From contig CAVTRY010000012.1 in NCBI GenBank assembly GCA_963737265.1, forward strand, positions 192,001 to 256,000: a stretch of 64,000 nucleotides of DNA. Reading direction: 5' to 3'. Position 1 is the first letter of the stretch, and every line of letters begins with the position of its first letter. The stretch is from an uncultured delta proteobacterium. GTDB lineage: Bacteria > Myxococcota_A > Polyangia > Fen-1088. Made by a program: the position numbers and the translations under genes. The notes below the pieces were generated by a model. It was not told the DNA's origin and searched no databases. It was given only the letters and a program-made list of their open reading frames with translations. Shown piece by piece: positions 50,413 through 59,597 of this stretch.

Positions 50413-50954
50413 GCCACGGAAAGCGAGGGCAATTGCACGTTGGTTCGCCGCCCCAAATGCAACCGCAACGGCTGCATGGCCGAGGCAGAGAACCCGTGGC
50501 GCGCATAAAGACGGCGGGCGCGGGCGTTGTCGCCGTCGGCGAGAAGGGTAATTCGCGTCACCCCTTCGCGCCGCGCCCACTCGATGGCCGCGCGCAGGAG
50601 TCGAGTCCCCAACCCCTTGCCGCGTTGGTCGGGCCGGACGACCAGATCCTCAAGCCACGCCACTTTGCCGCCCTCGGCGGTGCTGATGGTGAATAGCAAG
50701 CTAACCATGCCAAGAATTTTCGCTCCACGCGTGAGCACGAACAAGCGACCGATGGTTGGCTGCGCCAGCAGCAGCTCGAGCGCCCGCCTCTGTTTCGCCG
50801 GCGCCGGGGCGAAGTCCGCTTCCTGCTTGAACAAATAGCCCAAGAGCTCGGCCATCGCCTCGATATCGGGTTCGCGCGCCTCGCGCACACGGATCCATTC
50901 TCGCGTCCGCGTCTTTCGCGCCGGGCGGCGCGGGCTGTCGGTGGTTGCTTCCAT
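50409..50954 (-). CDS. GNAT family N-acetyltransferase, nif-associated
   Basis: LEDLVV.P..RGKGLG, N..A..LY...GF. Confidence 0.88.
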   Translation of the reverse strand: MEATTDSPRRPARKTRTREWIRVREAREPDIEAMAELLGYLFKQEADFAPAPAKQRRALELLLAQPTIGRLFVLTRGAKILGMVSLLFTISTAEGGKVAWLEDLVVRPDQRGKGLGTRLLRAAIEWARREGVTRITLLADGDNARARRLYARHGFSASAMQPLRLHLGRRTNVQLPSLSVA

Positions 50955-51180
50955 ATTGTCCTCTTACTCTAACCGCGAACTTGTTATCGAAATGTTTCGT
51001 TTCGATGAACGATGGACGACAGCGGCGTGCTTCTGCCTCCGCGCCGGCATTGACAGGTCTCACCTCGGCGTCGGCCCACAGAGGTGAACGGTGGAGAGCA
51101 AGGCTGGCGCAGCATAGGGCCGCCGTGCGCGCTGGTTGGTGAAGGTTCGGTGACAATATCCAAACAAATCCGCGCTATGC

Positions 51181-52413
51181 TTGGTGGCTGTCACTGAAAA
51201 AAGCGCGAGAAACACCTTGAGTCGCACCTTCGGCCTGTTCGTCGTCCTGACCATCGCTTGCGCCATCGTCGCTGGACTCCACTACTATTTCTGGATCCGC
51301 CTGGTGCGCGACACTCAGCTCTCGGGCATTGGACGATACCTGGCAACGGCTGGCGTCGTCGGCCTGGTCGTCCTCGTCGTGGCGACGGTGTCGGTGGGTC
51401 GCATGGTTCCGCGCCTCGGCCGCGTGCTTGCCTGGCCGGGCTTCGTGTGGATGGGCATGATGTTCATGCTGCTGATGGTCCTTGCCAGCCTGGATGTAGT
51501 TCGCCTGGTCGCGCTGCTGGCAAGCCGGCTGGCCGCGCCAGCCCACGCCGTCGATCCCGCGCGCCGCACCTTCATCGCGCGCGCCCTCGCCGGTTCGGCC
51601 CTCGCCGCGCTGGGAGGGCTTGCCGGTGCGGCCGTGCGAGCGACGTTAAAGGACGTGGCGGTCAAACGCGTGGAGATTACCTTGGACCGTCTTCCACCGG
51701 CTCTCGACGGGTTCAAGATAGTCCAGCTTTGCGATCTCCACATCGGCGGAATTCTTGGACGGGATTTCGTGGAACAGGTCGTCCGCCACACCAACGACCT
51801 CCATCCCGACGTGGTCGCGATCGTGGGTGACCTGGTCGACGGGAGCGTGGCCAAGCTGCGTCCGGCGCTTCGGCCCCTTACCGAGCTGAAGGCCGCGCAC
51901 GGGCTCTTCTTCGTCACGGGCAACCACGAGTACTACTCGGGTTCCGGCGCCGCTGACTGGATGGCCGAGCTCGAACGCATGGGATTCCGCGTGCTGCGCA
52001 ACGAACGCGTTGCCATCGGTTCGGCGCAAGCGAGCTTCGACCTGGCGGGCGTTCCCGATCACGGAGCCGTGCGTTTTCCCGACGACGGTCCGAGTGAAAA
52101 CGTCGCCCTGGCGATGTCTGGGCGGGATCCCTCGCGCGCCGTCGTGCTGCTTGCCCATCAACCGATTGCCATCCATCAGGCGGCCCGCCTCGGCGTCGAT
52201 TTGCAGCTTTCCGGCCATACCCACGGCGGACAAATCTGGCCGTGGGGCGCGCTGGTCAGGCTCCAGCAGCCCTTCATCCGCAGCTTGCATCGCGTGGGCG
52301 AGACCCAGCTTTATGTAAGCTGCGGAACCGGCTACTGGGGACCGCCCATGCGGCTCGGCGCGCCGGCGGAGATCACCGAGATCATCTTGCGCGCGGGGCG
52401 CACGATGGGGTGA
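51181..52413 (+). CDS. Membrane-anchored metallophosphoesterase (YkuE-like)
   Basis: N-terminal TMs; DLH, GDLVD, GNHE, AHQP, SGHTHGGQ. Confidence 0.92.
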   Translation: MVAVTEKSARNTLSRTFGLFVVLTIACAIVAGLHYYFWIRLVRDTQLSGIGRYLATAGVVGLVVLVVATVSVGRMVPRLGRVLAWPGFVWMGMMFMLLMVLASLDVVRLVALLASRLAAPAHAVDPARRTFIARALAGSALAALGGLAGAAVRATLKDVAVKRVEITLDRLPPALDGFKIVQLCDLHIGGILGRDFVEQVVRHTNDLHPDVVAIVGDLVDGSVAKLRPALRPLTELKAAHGLFFVTGNHEYYSGSGAADWMAELERMGFRVLRNERVAIGSAQASFDLAGVPDHGAVRFPDDGPSENVALAMSGRDPSRAVVLLAHQPIAIHQAARLGVDLQLSGHTHGGQIWPWGALVRLQQPFIRSLHRVGETQLYVSCGTGYWGPPMRLGAPAEITEIILRAGRTMG

Positions 52414-52427
52414 AAGGTTGATTGACC

Positions 52428-53309
52428 ATGGACCGTCGAGAATCACTCCGCGCGCTCGCGACTCTGTCGGTTTCGGCACTTGCGTGCGCGCGGCGAAAGC
52501 AAAGGACGATGACGACGATGAATGAAGCAAACCCAGCGCGTTCGCGCATGCCCATTATTTTCGCCGCGCACGGTGCGCCGGTGCTTCTCGACGATGCCGT
52601 GTGGATGCGCGAGCTGGCGGCCTGGGCGGCTGCGATGCCGAAGCCCAAGAGCATCCTGATGGTTTCCGCGCATTGGGAAGAGCGGCCGGCCACGCTCGGC
52701 GCGACGCGAACCGTGCCGCTCGTTTACGATTTCTACGGCTTTCCCGAGCGCTACTATCAGACCGAGTACGCCGCTCCGGGGGCGCCTGCCCTCGCGACTC
52801 GCGTGCGCGAGCTTCTGCGCAGCCGCAATCTGCCGTTCGCCGACGACGGGGAACGTGGCCTCGACCATGGCGCCTATGTTCCGCTCGTTGCCATGTACCC
52901 CGGAGCCGATGTACCGGTCCTGCAACTCTCGATGCCCCGTCTTGATCCCAAGGGACTCTACGAGCTCGGCCAAGCGCTCGCACCCCTGCGCGGCGAAGGC
53001 GTGCTCGTCTTTGGCAGCGGATTTCTGACCCACAACATGCGCTACGCATTTCGTCCCGGCATCCCGACGTGGGCCAAGGAATTCGACGCCTGGGCCGCCG
53101 AGGCGCTGTTGCGTTTCGATGTGGATGCGCTTCAGGATTTTCGCGCGCGCGCGCCGTCGGCCGAGCTGGCCCTGCCGACGTGGGAGCACTACGCGCCGCT
53201 ATTGGTCGCCGCGGGCGCCGCAAGCGAAAGCCACCCCACGACCACCTTTCCCATCACTGGATTCTGGATGGACGGAGCATTCACCCGCCGATCGGTTCAG
53301 TTCGACTGA
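52428..53309 (+). CDS. Class III extradiol dioxygenase (YgiD/DODA-like)
   Basis: HGAP, SAHW, YDFYGFP, RGLDHG, GSG..THN, EHY.P. Confidence 0.9.
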   Translation: MDRRESLRALATLSVSALACARRKQRTMTTMNEANPARSRMPIIFAAHGAPVLLDDAVWMRELAAWAAAMPKPKSILMVSAHWEERPATLGATRTVPLVYDFYGFPERYYQTEYAAPGAPALATRVRELLRSRNLPFADDGERGLDHGAYVPLVAMYPGADVPVLQLSMPRLDPKGLYELGQALAPLRGEGVLVFGSGFLTHNMRYAFRPGIPTWAKEFDAWAAEALLRFDVDALQDFRARAPSAELALPTWEHYAPLLVAAGAASESHPTTTFPITGFWMDGAFTRRSVQFD

Positions 53310-53429
53310 CAGGGAGCGAACTGACGAAGACGGGGAGGATTCAGTAGAGCCGATTCGTTCACGGGCAGCTCCGCGACGGTGCCGTCGGGGCCAATGCGGC
53401 CGATTCTTCCGTCCTCGACAATAAGGGCC

Positions 53430-53622
53430 GATATCCGCTTGCCAAGAATTGCCTTTCGAGCCAGCATTGCCGTCGTGAGCTATCGTCATGGACTCATCCC
53501 CCGAGGATTCGCCCTATGTTCCGGGCTCGCCATCGCCGTTTTGGTCGCTTCGGCGACACCCGCCGTTGGTGCAGACAAGCAGGCCAACCAGGCCAAGGAG
53601 CGCGCGGCGAGAAAGGCATGCT
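53430..53622 (+). repeat. Copy 1 of a 193-bp imperfect direct repeat (leader plus signal-peptide coding)
   Basis: Aligns without gaps to 54844-55036. Confidence 0.9.
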
Positions 53623-54002
53623 CGGTAGACGGTCAAGAGTGGCCTCGGCTTGCTACAGGGGTTTGGAAGTTGACTAATACCGTCACCACGGGCAGTCGGA
53701 AGGCGAAAACCTCGACACTAAAGACCGAGGCATGTACGGACCCGAGCTGGCTGTTCTCAACCTACTTCGGGCGCGGAATACTTGAACGCCAAGGATGCCA
53801 GTTCAGCTCGTGGCAAACCTCTTCGGATCACTACCGGATCGAGACCGCTTGCAGGGTTCGTCACGTGGGAGCGTCCCGGACGAAGGGCACCGTCGTCGTC
53901 GAGAACCCCCATGGATTTCGCATGGAGGCCGAGTTGCTCGAGGGAACGAAGCAGATCCAAATCGTCCAGACTGGAAAATGGATTGCGAACTGTAATCATT
54001 AG
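53476..54002 (+). CDS. Secreted Cys-containing beta protein (DUF3617-like)
   Basis: Signal peptide from the repeat; G.W.L..T..AC..GC..AC..GKWIANC pattern; family call from memory. Confidence 0.55.
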
Positions 54003-54017
54003 TCTTGGAGAATCCTC

Positions 54018-54575
54018 ATGGCCAATTCAGTCACTGTCACGGTAACGAGCCAAATTGTAGGAACGGGATTGGTTGTCCCCTACAATCACCAGCAGGGGCT
54101 CCAGGTACGCAGGCCCGCGCCCGGAAGGCCAGGCCAGCTCGTTCTCTACCAGGTTCCCCTTTATGAGGTTCGAATCGAGGGCGCTCGATCCTATAAGGCG
54201 ATTCGCTTTGCTGTTCGTAATACCGGCGCTGCGCCTTCGACACGTGGTTGCGACACTGGCCTGTCGCATCCCCGTACCTGCACGCCTTCATGGGTGCCCA
54301 ACTACAGTCCGCACAGCTTCAATGGCATCGCGCGTCCTGGAGCATGGCAGCTTCTTCCCGGTGAAGGATTTCTCATTCACGAGGGGGCTGACAGTCGTCG
54401 TCGCGAGGTGGGCGGCAGCATCGGTTGCATCGAAATCGTTGACGGGGGATGGAATTCATTCCTCGCGGATATTGAACACCTCTCGGGGGCTATCTGTTCG
54501 CAAATTGGGCAGGAGCGATTGCTTACCGTCAAGATTCAAGCCGCACCCTATCCGACGGCCACTCTGGTCAGATAG
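54018..54575 (+). CDS. Hypothetical protein with an L,D-transpeptidase-like His..SxGC motif
   Basis: GGAGA RBS; FLIHEG-x8-GGSIGCIEI. Confidence 0.6.
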   Translation: MANSVTVTVTSQIVGTGLVVPYNHQQGLQVRRPAPGRPGQLVLYQVPLYEVRIEGARSYKAIRFAVRNTGAAPSTRGCDTGLSHPRTCTPSWVPNYSPHSFNGIARPGAWQLLPGEGFLIHEGADSRRREVGGSIGCIEIVDGGWNSFLADIEHLSGAICSQIGQERLLTVKIQAAPYPTATLVR

Positions 54576-54843
54576 TGACGGCGGGCAACACAGTAGGCAA
54601 CCCTACGCTATCAACGCGTAAGCGAAACAAGCGGGGTGTTGCGGTGGGCGGAGGGTCTCTGGAAAAGAACTGCTCGCCCGCGATCTCGTCGCGCTCATGC
54701 GCGCGGCACACGCCTCATGTCGAGACGTTAGCGGTGTTGCGAATGAATTGAGCGCGTTCAGCCGGCCCGCTCGGAGGCCCACCCGCTAATCAGAAGCCAG
54801 CACAAGTCGGCTAGCGTGGTGGGGGCAGGGTCTGGGTGAGCTC

Positions 54844-55036
54844 GATATTCGCTTGCCAAAAATTGCCTTTCGAGCCAGCATTGCCGCCATGAGCTACCGT
54901 CATGGACTCATCCCCCGAGGATTCGCCCTATCTTCCGGGCTCGCCATCGCGGTTTTGGTAACTTCAGTGACAACCGCTTTTGGTGCAAGCAAGGAGACCG
55001 ACCAGGCCAAGGAGCGCGCGGCGAGAAAGGCCTGCT
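54844..55036 (+). repeat. Copy 2 of the 193-bp repeat, leading into a short truncated ORF (stop 55077)
   Basis: Encodes MSYRHGLIPRGFAL..QAKERAARKACLSGD. Confidence 0.9.
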
Positions 55037-55124
55037 TGAGCGGCGACTCGGACCTTTTCATAGCTACGCATGACTAGATCCACATCTTCAAGCAGGGCAG
55101 GGGCAGTTGTCTTGAACAGAAACA

Positions 55125-55951
55125 TCAGTATCCAGAGGCGATCGATATGCCGTCACCGTTGCCATTGCCGATTTCGATGGAATCGAGGTCGTTTCGCGCC
55201 CCGGCATGAGAATACTGTTGCCAGCCAAGAACATCGTTGAAGCGGGAAGATACGTTGCCCCAAGAGGTAAGGAGGGGCAAGCAACCATAACACTCGATGT
55301 CGCCATCGATCCTCCAGCCATTCGCGAGCGCCGCCCAGGTGGCGCCGTCCGCTTCATTCAAGCTGTTGGAGTGCTGTCGTGAAGCGCCTGCGCCTGTGCT
55401 CAAATCGAAGCTTCGGAGGGATTGCCCCGAATGAAGCTCCATCTGCTCCAGCCCATCGGAGGATCGAGGCCAAGCGCCGAAGAAGAGCCTCCGCTGCCGC
55501 CCGCGGCCGCGGAGCCGCCATTGCTCGTCGAACCGCCAGAGCCGGTCGCGCCGCCTGAGCCAGTGGTACTGCCCGTGACGACCGCGCCCCCGGAGCCAGT
55601 CGCGCCGCCTGTCCCAGTCGCGCCGCCAGAGCCGGTCGCCCCGCCGGAAACAGTGGCGCCGCCTGCCCCGGTCGAACCATGAGAGCCAGTGGTGCCGCCC
55701 GTGACAGCCGCACCGCCAGAGCCAGTGGCGCCGCCCGCGACTGCCGCCCCACCGTGGCCGGCGCCGCTACCGCCCGCGGTCACACCGCCCGAGCTTGCGC
55801 TGCCGCCGCTACCCACTCTGCCGCCTGTGCTCGTTCCGCCTGAGCCGGTAGAGCCACCGTTGTTCGATTGGCAGCCAGGCGCAAAGAATGCAGACGCGAT
55901 CAGGGCAGCGCTCGCCAACAACCTCGAACGGCAGGAGAATGCACTTGTCAT
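55125..55951 (-). pseudogene. GH27 alpha-galactosidase lipoprotein remnant with Gly/Thr linker
   Basis: Lipobox APG-C, GGATGS repeats, PPMGWS.W, premature TGA at 55400, internal deletion, then WRIDGD and NDLDS motifs in another frame. Confidence 0.75.
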
Positions 55952-56179
55952 AACAACCTCAATGAGATGAAACCAATCGGGTGAAGGGCGGGAACGACCT
56001 GGCCGTTCCTAACCTGAATCTAGATAAACAGTACATAAATATCGAAAAGCAGTCCAAAGCTTGAATCCGTTGCGGGCGAGCAGCGCGTGGCGCCAAGGAT
56101 CGCCGCGTGGCGGTGCCCGTTCGCAGGCACAGATCGGCGATTACGCGAACCCAAAGTGCGACGAGCTATGTGCAGGGTG

Positions 56180-56530
56180 TTAGAGCGCGCCGCCCGTGAA
56201 CCACTCGACGAGCAGACGTTTGCCGTTCGGTCCGAGACCACCGCCCGGTGGCATCTGGTGCGGGTTCGAATAGACTGCGTCCTCGATCATCTTGTATGCC
56301 ATCGAGTGTGCGCCCAAGATGCTCCCGGTATCGTCCAAGACATCGAGCCTGAAGGTTGTGGGTGCGCCATGATCCGACGGCGAGCTGTGACAGATGAGAC
56401 AGTGATCCGCGAGATAGGGGCGAATGTCCTCGGCGTAGGTCGGATTGGCTGGCACCGATGAAATATCGGGCACGGCAATGGTGCATGCCGGCAGGCACAG
56501 TGCGAACAGGGGCCCAATCAACCGGCGCAT
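56180..56530 (-). CDS. Small monoheme c-type cytochrome lipoprotein
   Basis: LPA-C lipobox, CLICH, distal MPP, C-terminal W..GGA. Confidence 0.75.
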   Translation of the reverse strand: MRRLIGPLFALCLPACTIAVPDISSVPANPTYAEDIRPYLADHCLICHSSPSDHGAPTTFRLDVLDDTGSILGAHSMAYKMIEDAVYSNPHQMPPGGGLGPNGKRLLVEWFTGGAL

Positions 56531-56531
56531 G

Positions 56532-57221
56532 TCAGAAAATCCATACCGTGGCCGCGACCGTAAGCAAGCCAAAGGTGGAATAGCCAATGATCTGGTGCGT
56601 CCGCGCCAGGGTCTGCAGGTCGTGCGGATTGCCGGCCTGAGCCCGCGCGTGGGTGAAGAGCCCAAGTCCGATTTCCGTGAGCATGCCCAAGGTGGCACCA
56701 GCCGTTGCGATCCGGTGCACCAGCGCGGTGTCAAAGCGCAAGGGCCTGGCGTAGGGCTTGGGAGCCAGGATGGACAATGTCCCCGTGCCGAGAAATGCAG
56801 CGGAGGTAGCGATGACCAAGATCGTGTGCGCGCTTTGCCACTCTCGGCTGCCGCCGCCGCCGCCGTACAATTGATTGTAGTTGAGTTGGCCGACGGTGAC
56901 CGTGGCCGCCATCAGCGCCCACGTGGCAAGGCCCAACGCCTGATGCGTTTTGAGCATCCACCGCCGCGTCCGCACCTTCGCCTCGAAATTGGGATCCGAT
57001 GCAACGAAGGGTGCTTTCAATCCCGGGGAGCCCGGGGCATCCGCGGCAAAAAAATCAAAATCGAGCTTTCCCGAAGCGTTTTTGGCCGAACTCCCCGGAG
57101 CGGCTTCTTGCCCAGCCGCCAAGTCCAAGGCGCCGGCCAAATCCCCGCTCTCCCCAGCCTTGGCGGGAACGGGAACCAGCAGGAATGAACAAGCAAGAAG
57201 AAGAGAAAGTTGCAGTCGCAT
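56532..57221 (-). CDS. Membrane protein with signal peptide and four His-led TM helices (cytochrome b-like)
   Basis: HQALG, HTILV, HRIAT, HQIIG each precede a hydrophobic helix. Confidence 0.6.
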   Translation of the reverse strand: MRLQLSLLLACSFLLVPVPAKAGESGDLAGALDLAAGQEAAPGSSAKNASGKLDFDFFAADAPGSPGLKAPFVASDPNFEAKVRTRRWMLKTHQALGLATWALMAATVTVGQLNYNQLYGGGGGSREWQSAHTILVIATSAAFLGTGTLSILAPKPYARPLRFDTALVHRIATAGATLGMLTEIGLGLFTHARAQAGNPHDLQTLARTHQIIGYSTFGLLTVAATVWIF

Positions 57222-57379
57222 GGTGCCCAGGCCGTATGCCTATTTTCTACCCACGAAATGAACTCCCGTCCATGATTTCCTGACAGGTCATCGCCCCTCG
57301 GGGCGGCCCCGGTTTATCGCCCCACCGCACAAAGTCGAAGGACAACCCCGAAGGACAACAGGGACAACCCCATAGATAG

Positions 57380-57405
57380 ACCATGGTAATGAACCATGGT
57401 ATAAA
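57380..57405 (+). promoter_or_regulatory. TA operator: two ACCATGGT palindromes plus a -10-like TATAAA
   Basis: Palindromes at 57380-57387 and 57393-57400. Confidence 0.7.
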
Positions 57406-57412
57406 TGTCTTC

Positions 57413-57652
57413 ATGCACACGATGCCCATTTCTAAATTCAAGGCCACATGTCTGGCGACCCTTGAACGGGTTCGGAGGACTGGGCAGCCCCTGTGCGTGA
57501 CCCGATTCGGCAAGCCCATCGCCGAGGTCATGCCGCCAACACCCGCGCCCCTCCCGCGAAACTGGATGGGCAGTTTGCGCGGCACCGGCAAGATTTTGGC
57601 TGATTTGACCTCACCCACGGGCGACTTGGTCGAGTGGGAGGTTCAAGAGTGA
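57413..57652 (+). CDS. Phd/YefM family antitoxin
   Basis: ISKFKATCL..LERV..TG.P..VTRFGKPIAEV. Confidence 0.9.
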   Translation: MHTMPISKFKATCLATLERVRRTGQPLCVTRFGKPIAEVMPPTPAPLPRNWMGSLRGTGKILADLTSPTGDLVEWEVQE

Positions 57653-58044
57653 AAATTCTGCTCGATACGCACATTTGGATTTGGAGTCATCTGGACCCGT
57701 CCAGGATCAACAAGCGCCTGACCCAGGCTTTGCTCGATCGGGCCAACGAGTTGTGGCTTTCGCCCATCAGCCTGTGGGAATGCACGGTGTTGGCTGGCAA
57801 GAAGCGCTTGGCCCTGAGGGATGGACCAGAGGCATGGATTGCCACTGCGCTGGCGGCGGCGCCAATGCATGAGGCGCCCTTGAACAACGAGGTGGCCCTC
57901 ACCAGCCGTGCGGTCAAAGTTGAACATGACGACCCCGCTGACAGGTTTCTTGCAGCTACCGCAGCCGTTTACGATCTTGTGCTTGCAACCGCGGATTCGC
58001 GGCTCCTGCGGGGCACAGGATTCAAGACCCTCGACAACAGATAA
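57649..58044 (+). CDS. PIN-domain (VapC) toxin
   Basis: ILLDTHIWIW, SPISLWE, H.DPADR, TAD; GTGA overlap with the antitoxin. Confidence 0.92.
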   Translation: MKILLDTHIWIWSHLDPSRINKRLTQALLDRANELWLSPISLWECTVLAGKKRLALRDGPEAWIATALAAAPMHEAPLNNEVALTSRAVKVEHDDPADRFLAATAAVYDLVLATADSRLLRGTGFKTLDNR

Positions 58045-58091
58045 ATGACCAGCGCGTGCTGGCCGGCGCCGACCTAAAGCCGCACAAGACT

Positions 58092-58165
58092 TGCAACCTC
58101 GATGTTCCAGCACGAGCTTGTATCGTAGATGACCTCCAGCCCGTTCGCGTTGGCGAGACCGAAAG
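58092..58165 (-). pseudogene. Third copy (short remnant) of the phosphoesterase-like protein C-terminal tail
   Basis: SFGLANANGLEVIYDTSSCWNIEV versus FRFGSAGGLEDIYDASSCWNIEV. Confidence 0.8.
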
Positions 58166-59121
58166 ATATTGTCAGTAGGCAATCAGCAGCCAGTCGCCTT
58201 CGCTGCTCTGGCCGATGGCGAAGCGGGGGCGTTTGAACTTCGTTCGCTGCAGTTGGAGAAGAATTTCTCTTATCTCTACCTTGTTTTCGGCAATGATGTT
58301 TCCGTGTTCCGTAACGCTCGAAAATTTCCTGCAGCTGTTGTCGTGAAAGAGCACTTGCGATGCCCAAGTAGGAGCTACGACCTCGCCTCCAAAGTCTGCC
58401 AATTTGCGCTTCCAGACTGTCTCCAACCCACGATTTGTTCGGAAGAGAACCGTGTCATCTCTTTCATCGCTGATTTTCCAAAAGAGGAAATCACTGCCCC
58501 GAGAGGCGAACGGCAGACTTGCAGGTGCCCGTTCCGTTTCGTACCTGGTGCGGACCAACCCCCAATCTGCAGGGCCACCGGATTGCGGGCTACCACCTAG
58601 GGTCCAGAACCATTCCCGCTTCTTCTTCATCCATGAAAGCGCCTTTTGCACTACGACGGCTCCCCGTGTGTCGAGAACAGTTGCTGTCGACGGCCAGACC
58701 TCGTCGAACAGGCCAGGTACATTGCCATAGGGGTAGATCTCCTTGAAGGCCTCGATGAGGAGTAGATCCCCCGCTTCGGAGGCTATCGCTCCAGTCTGAT
58801 CGAGCTGGAGCCCGCACGAACACGGTTGTTTAGCGTCTCCTGCCGAATCGGGGCAGCGCGGTTTGTCGATAGCGGCCAAGGGGCGCGACTTTTCCACCGA
58901 CTCGCGGCCATCAAGATCGAAATAGGAAACGACCTTATCGCTCACCACCCACAGCCCGGTGGGACTTGACCGATAGAGCGTAGTCTTCGTGGCCTGAACG
59001 ACGAATGACCGAGCCCGGCCCTTGTGCAGAGTCCCGGTATCGATTTCGACGACCTCGCTGGCACTCGCTACGACGAAGCGGTTGCCAAAGACCTGCCCGG
59101 TCTTGACCTCGCCGACGATGT

Positions 59122-59310
59122 CAGGGCCATCGCATCATCCTACATCGACGCAGGATCCATCAGAGTCTCGGCCATTTCTGGAAGGTTTTCCCCTGGGGTC
59201 GGTGCGCGCGCCGGTGTGCAGGCAGGTTCGGCAGCGCGCACGGGCGCGGAGACCGGCATAACTATCGGCATCTCCGCAAGATCACTTACAATTTAGATGC
59301 GTTGGCCCTG
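59122..59310 (-). mobile_element. 189-bp non-autonomous ISAs1-type MITE
   Basis: Ends CAGGGCCATCGCATC / GATGCGTTGGCCCTG; perfect 10-bp TSD CCGACGATGT (59112-59121, 59311-59320). Confidence 0.9.
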
Positions 59311-59597
59311 CCGACGATGTCGAGAGGGCTTCGTCCCAGCTCGTGCCCCTCTCTGTCCCAAAGCATGAGAGCGAGGGCATCCGTTTCCAGGTTCTTCACA
59401 ATGGCCAGGATCTTGCCCCCGGGCAAGGGATAGACCGGCGGTATGAACTCGCCTTGCACCTGCCAGCTTGCCTGCCATCCCGTGAGCTGCAGTCGTTGGC
59501 TCAGACCACGCACCGTCACACGGTTTTCTTCAGCACGAACATTGTACGTCATGATGAGTCCAGCAAATACGAGTCCAGCGAATACGAGGATCGCACA

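Noticed and set aside
54576-54843. Possible integron attC site or ncRNA after the putative toxin
   Set aside because: A GTTAGCG core exists, but I could not build a convincing paired R/L-box structure and there is no integrase in the window
55480-55860. 18-bp-period repeats
   Set aside because: They encode an ordinary Gly/Thr/Ser lipoprotein linker within the GH27 pseudogene
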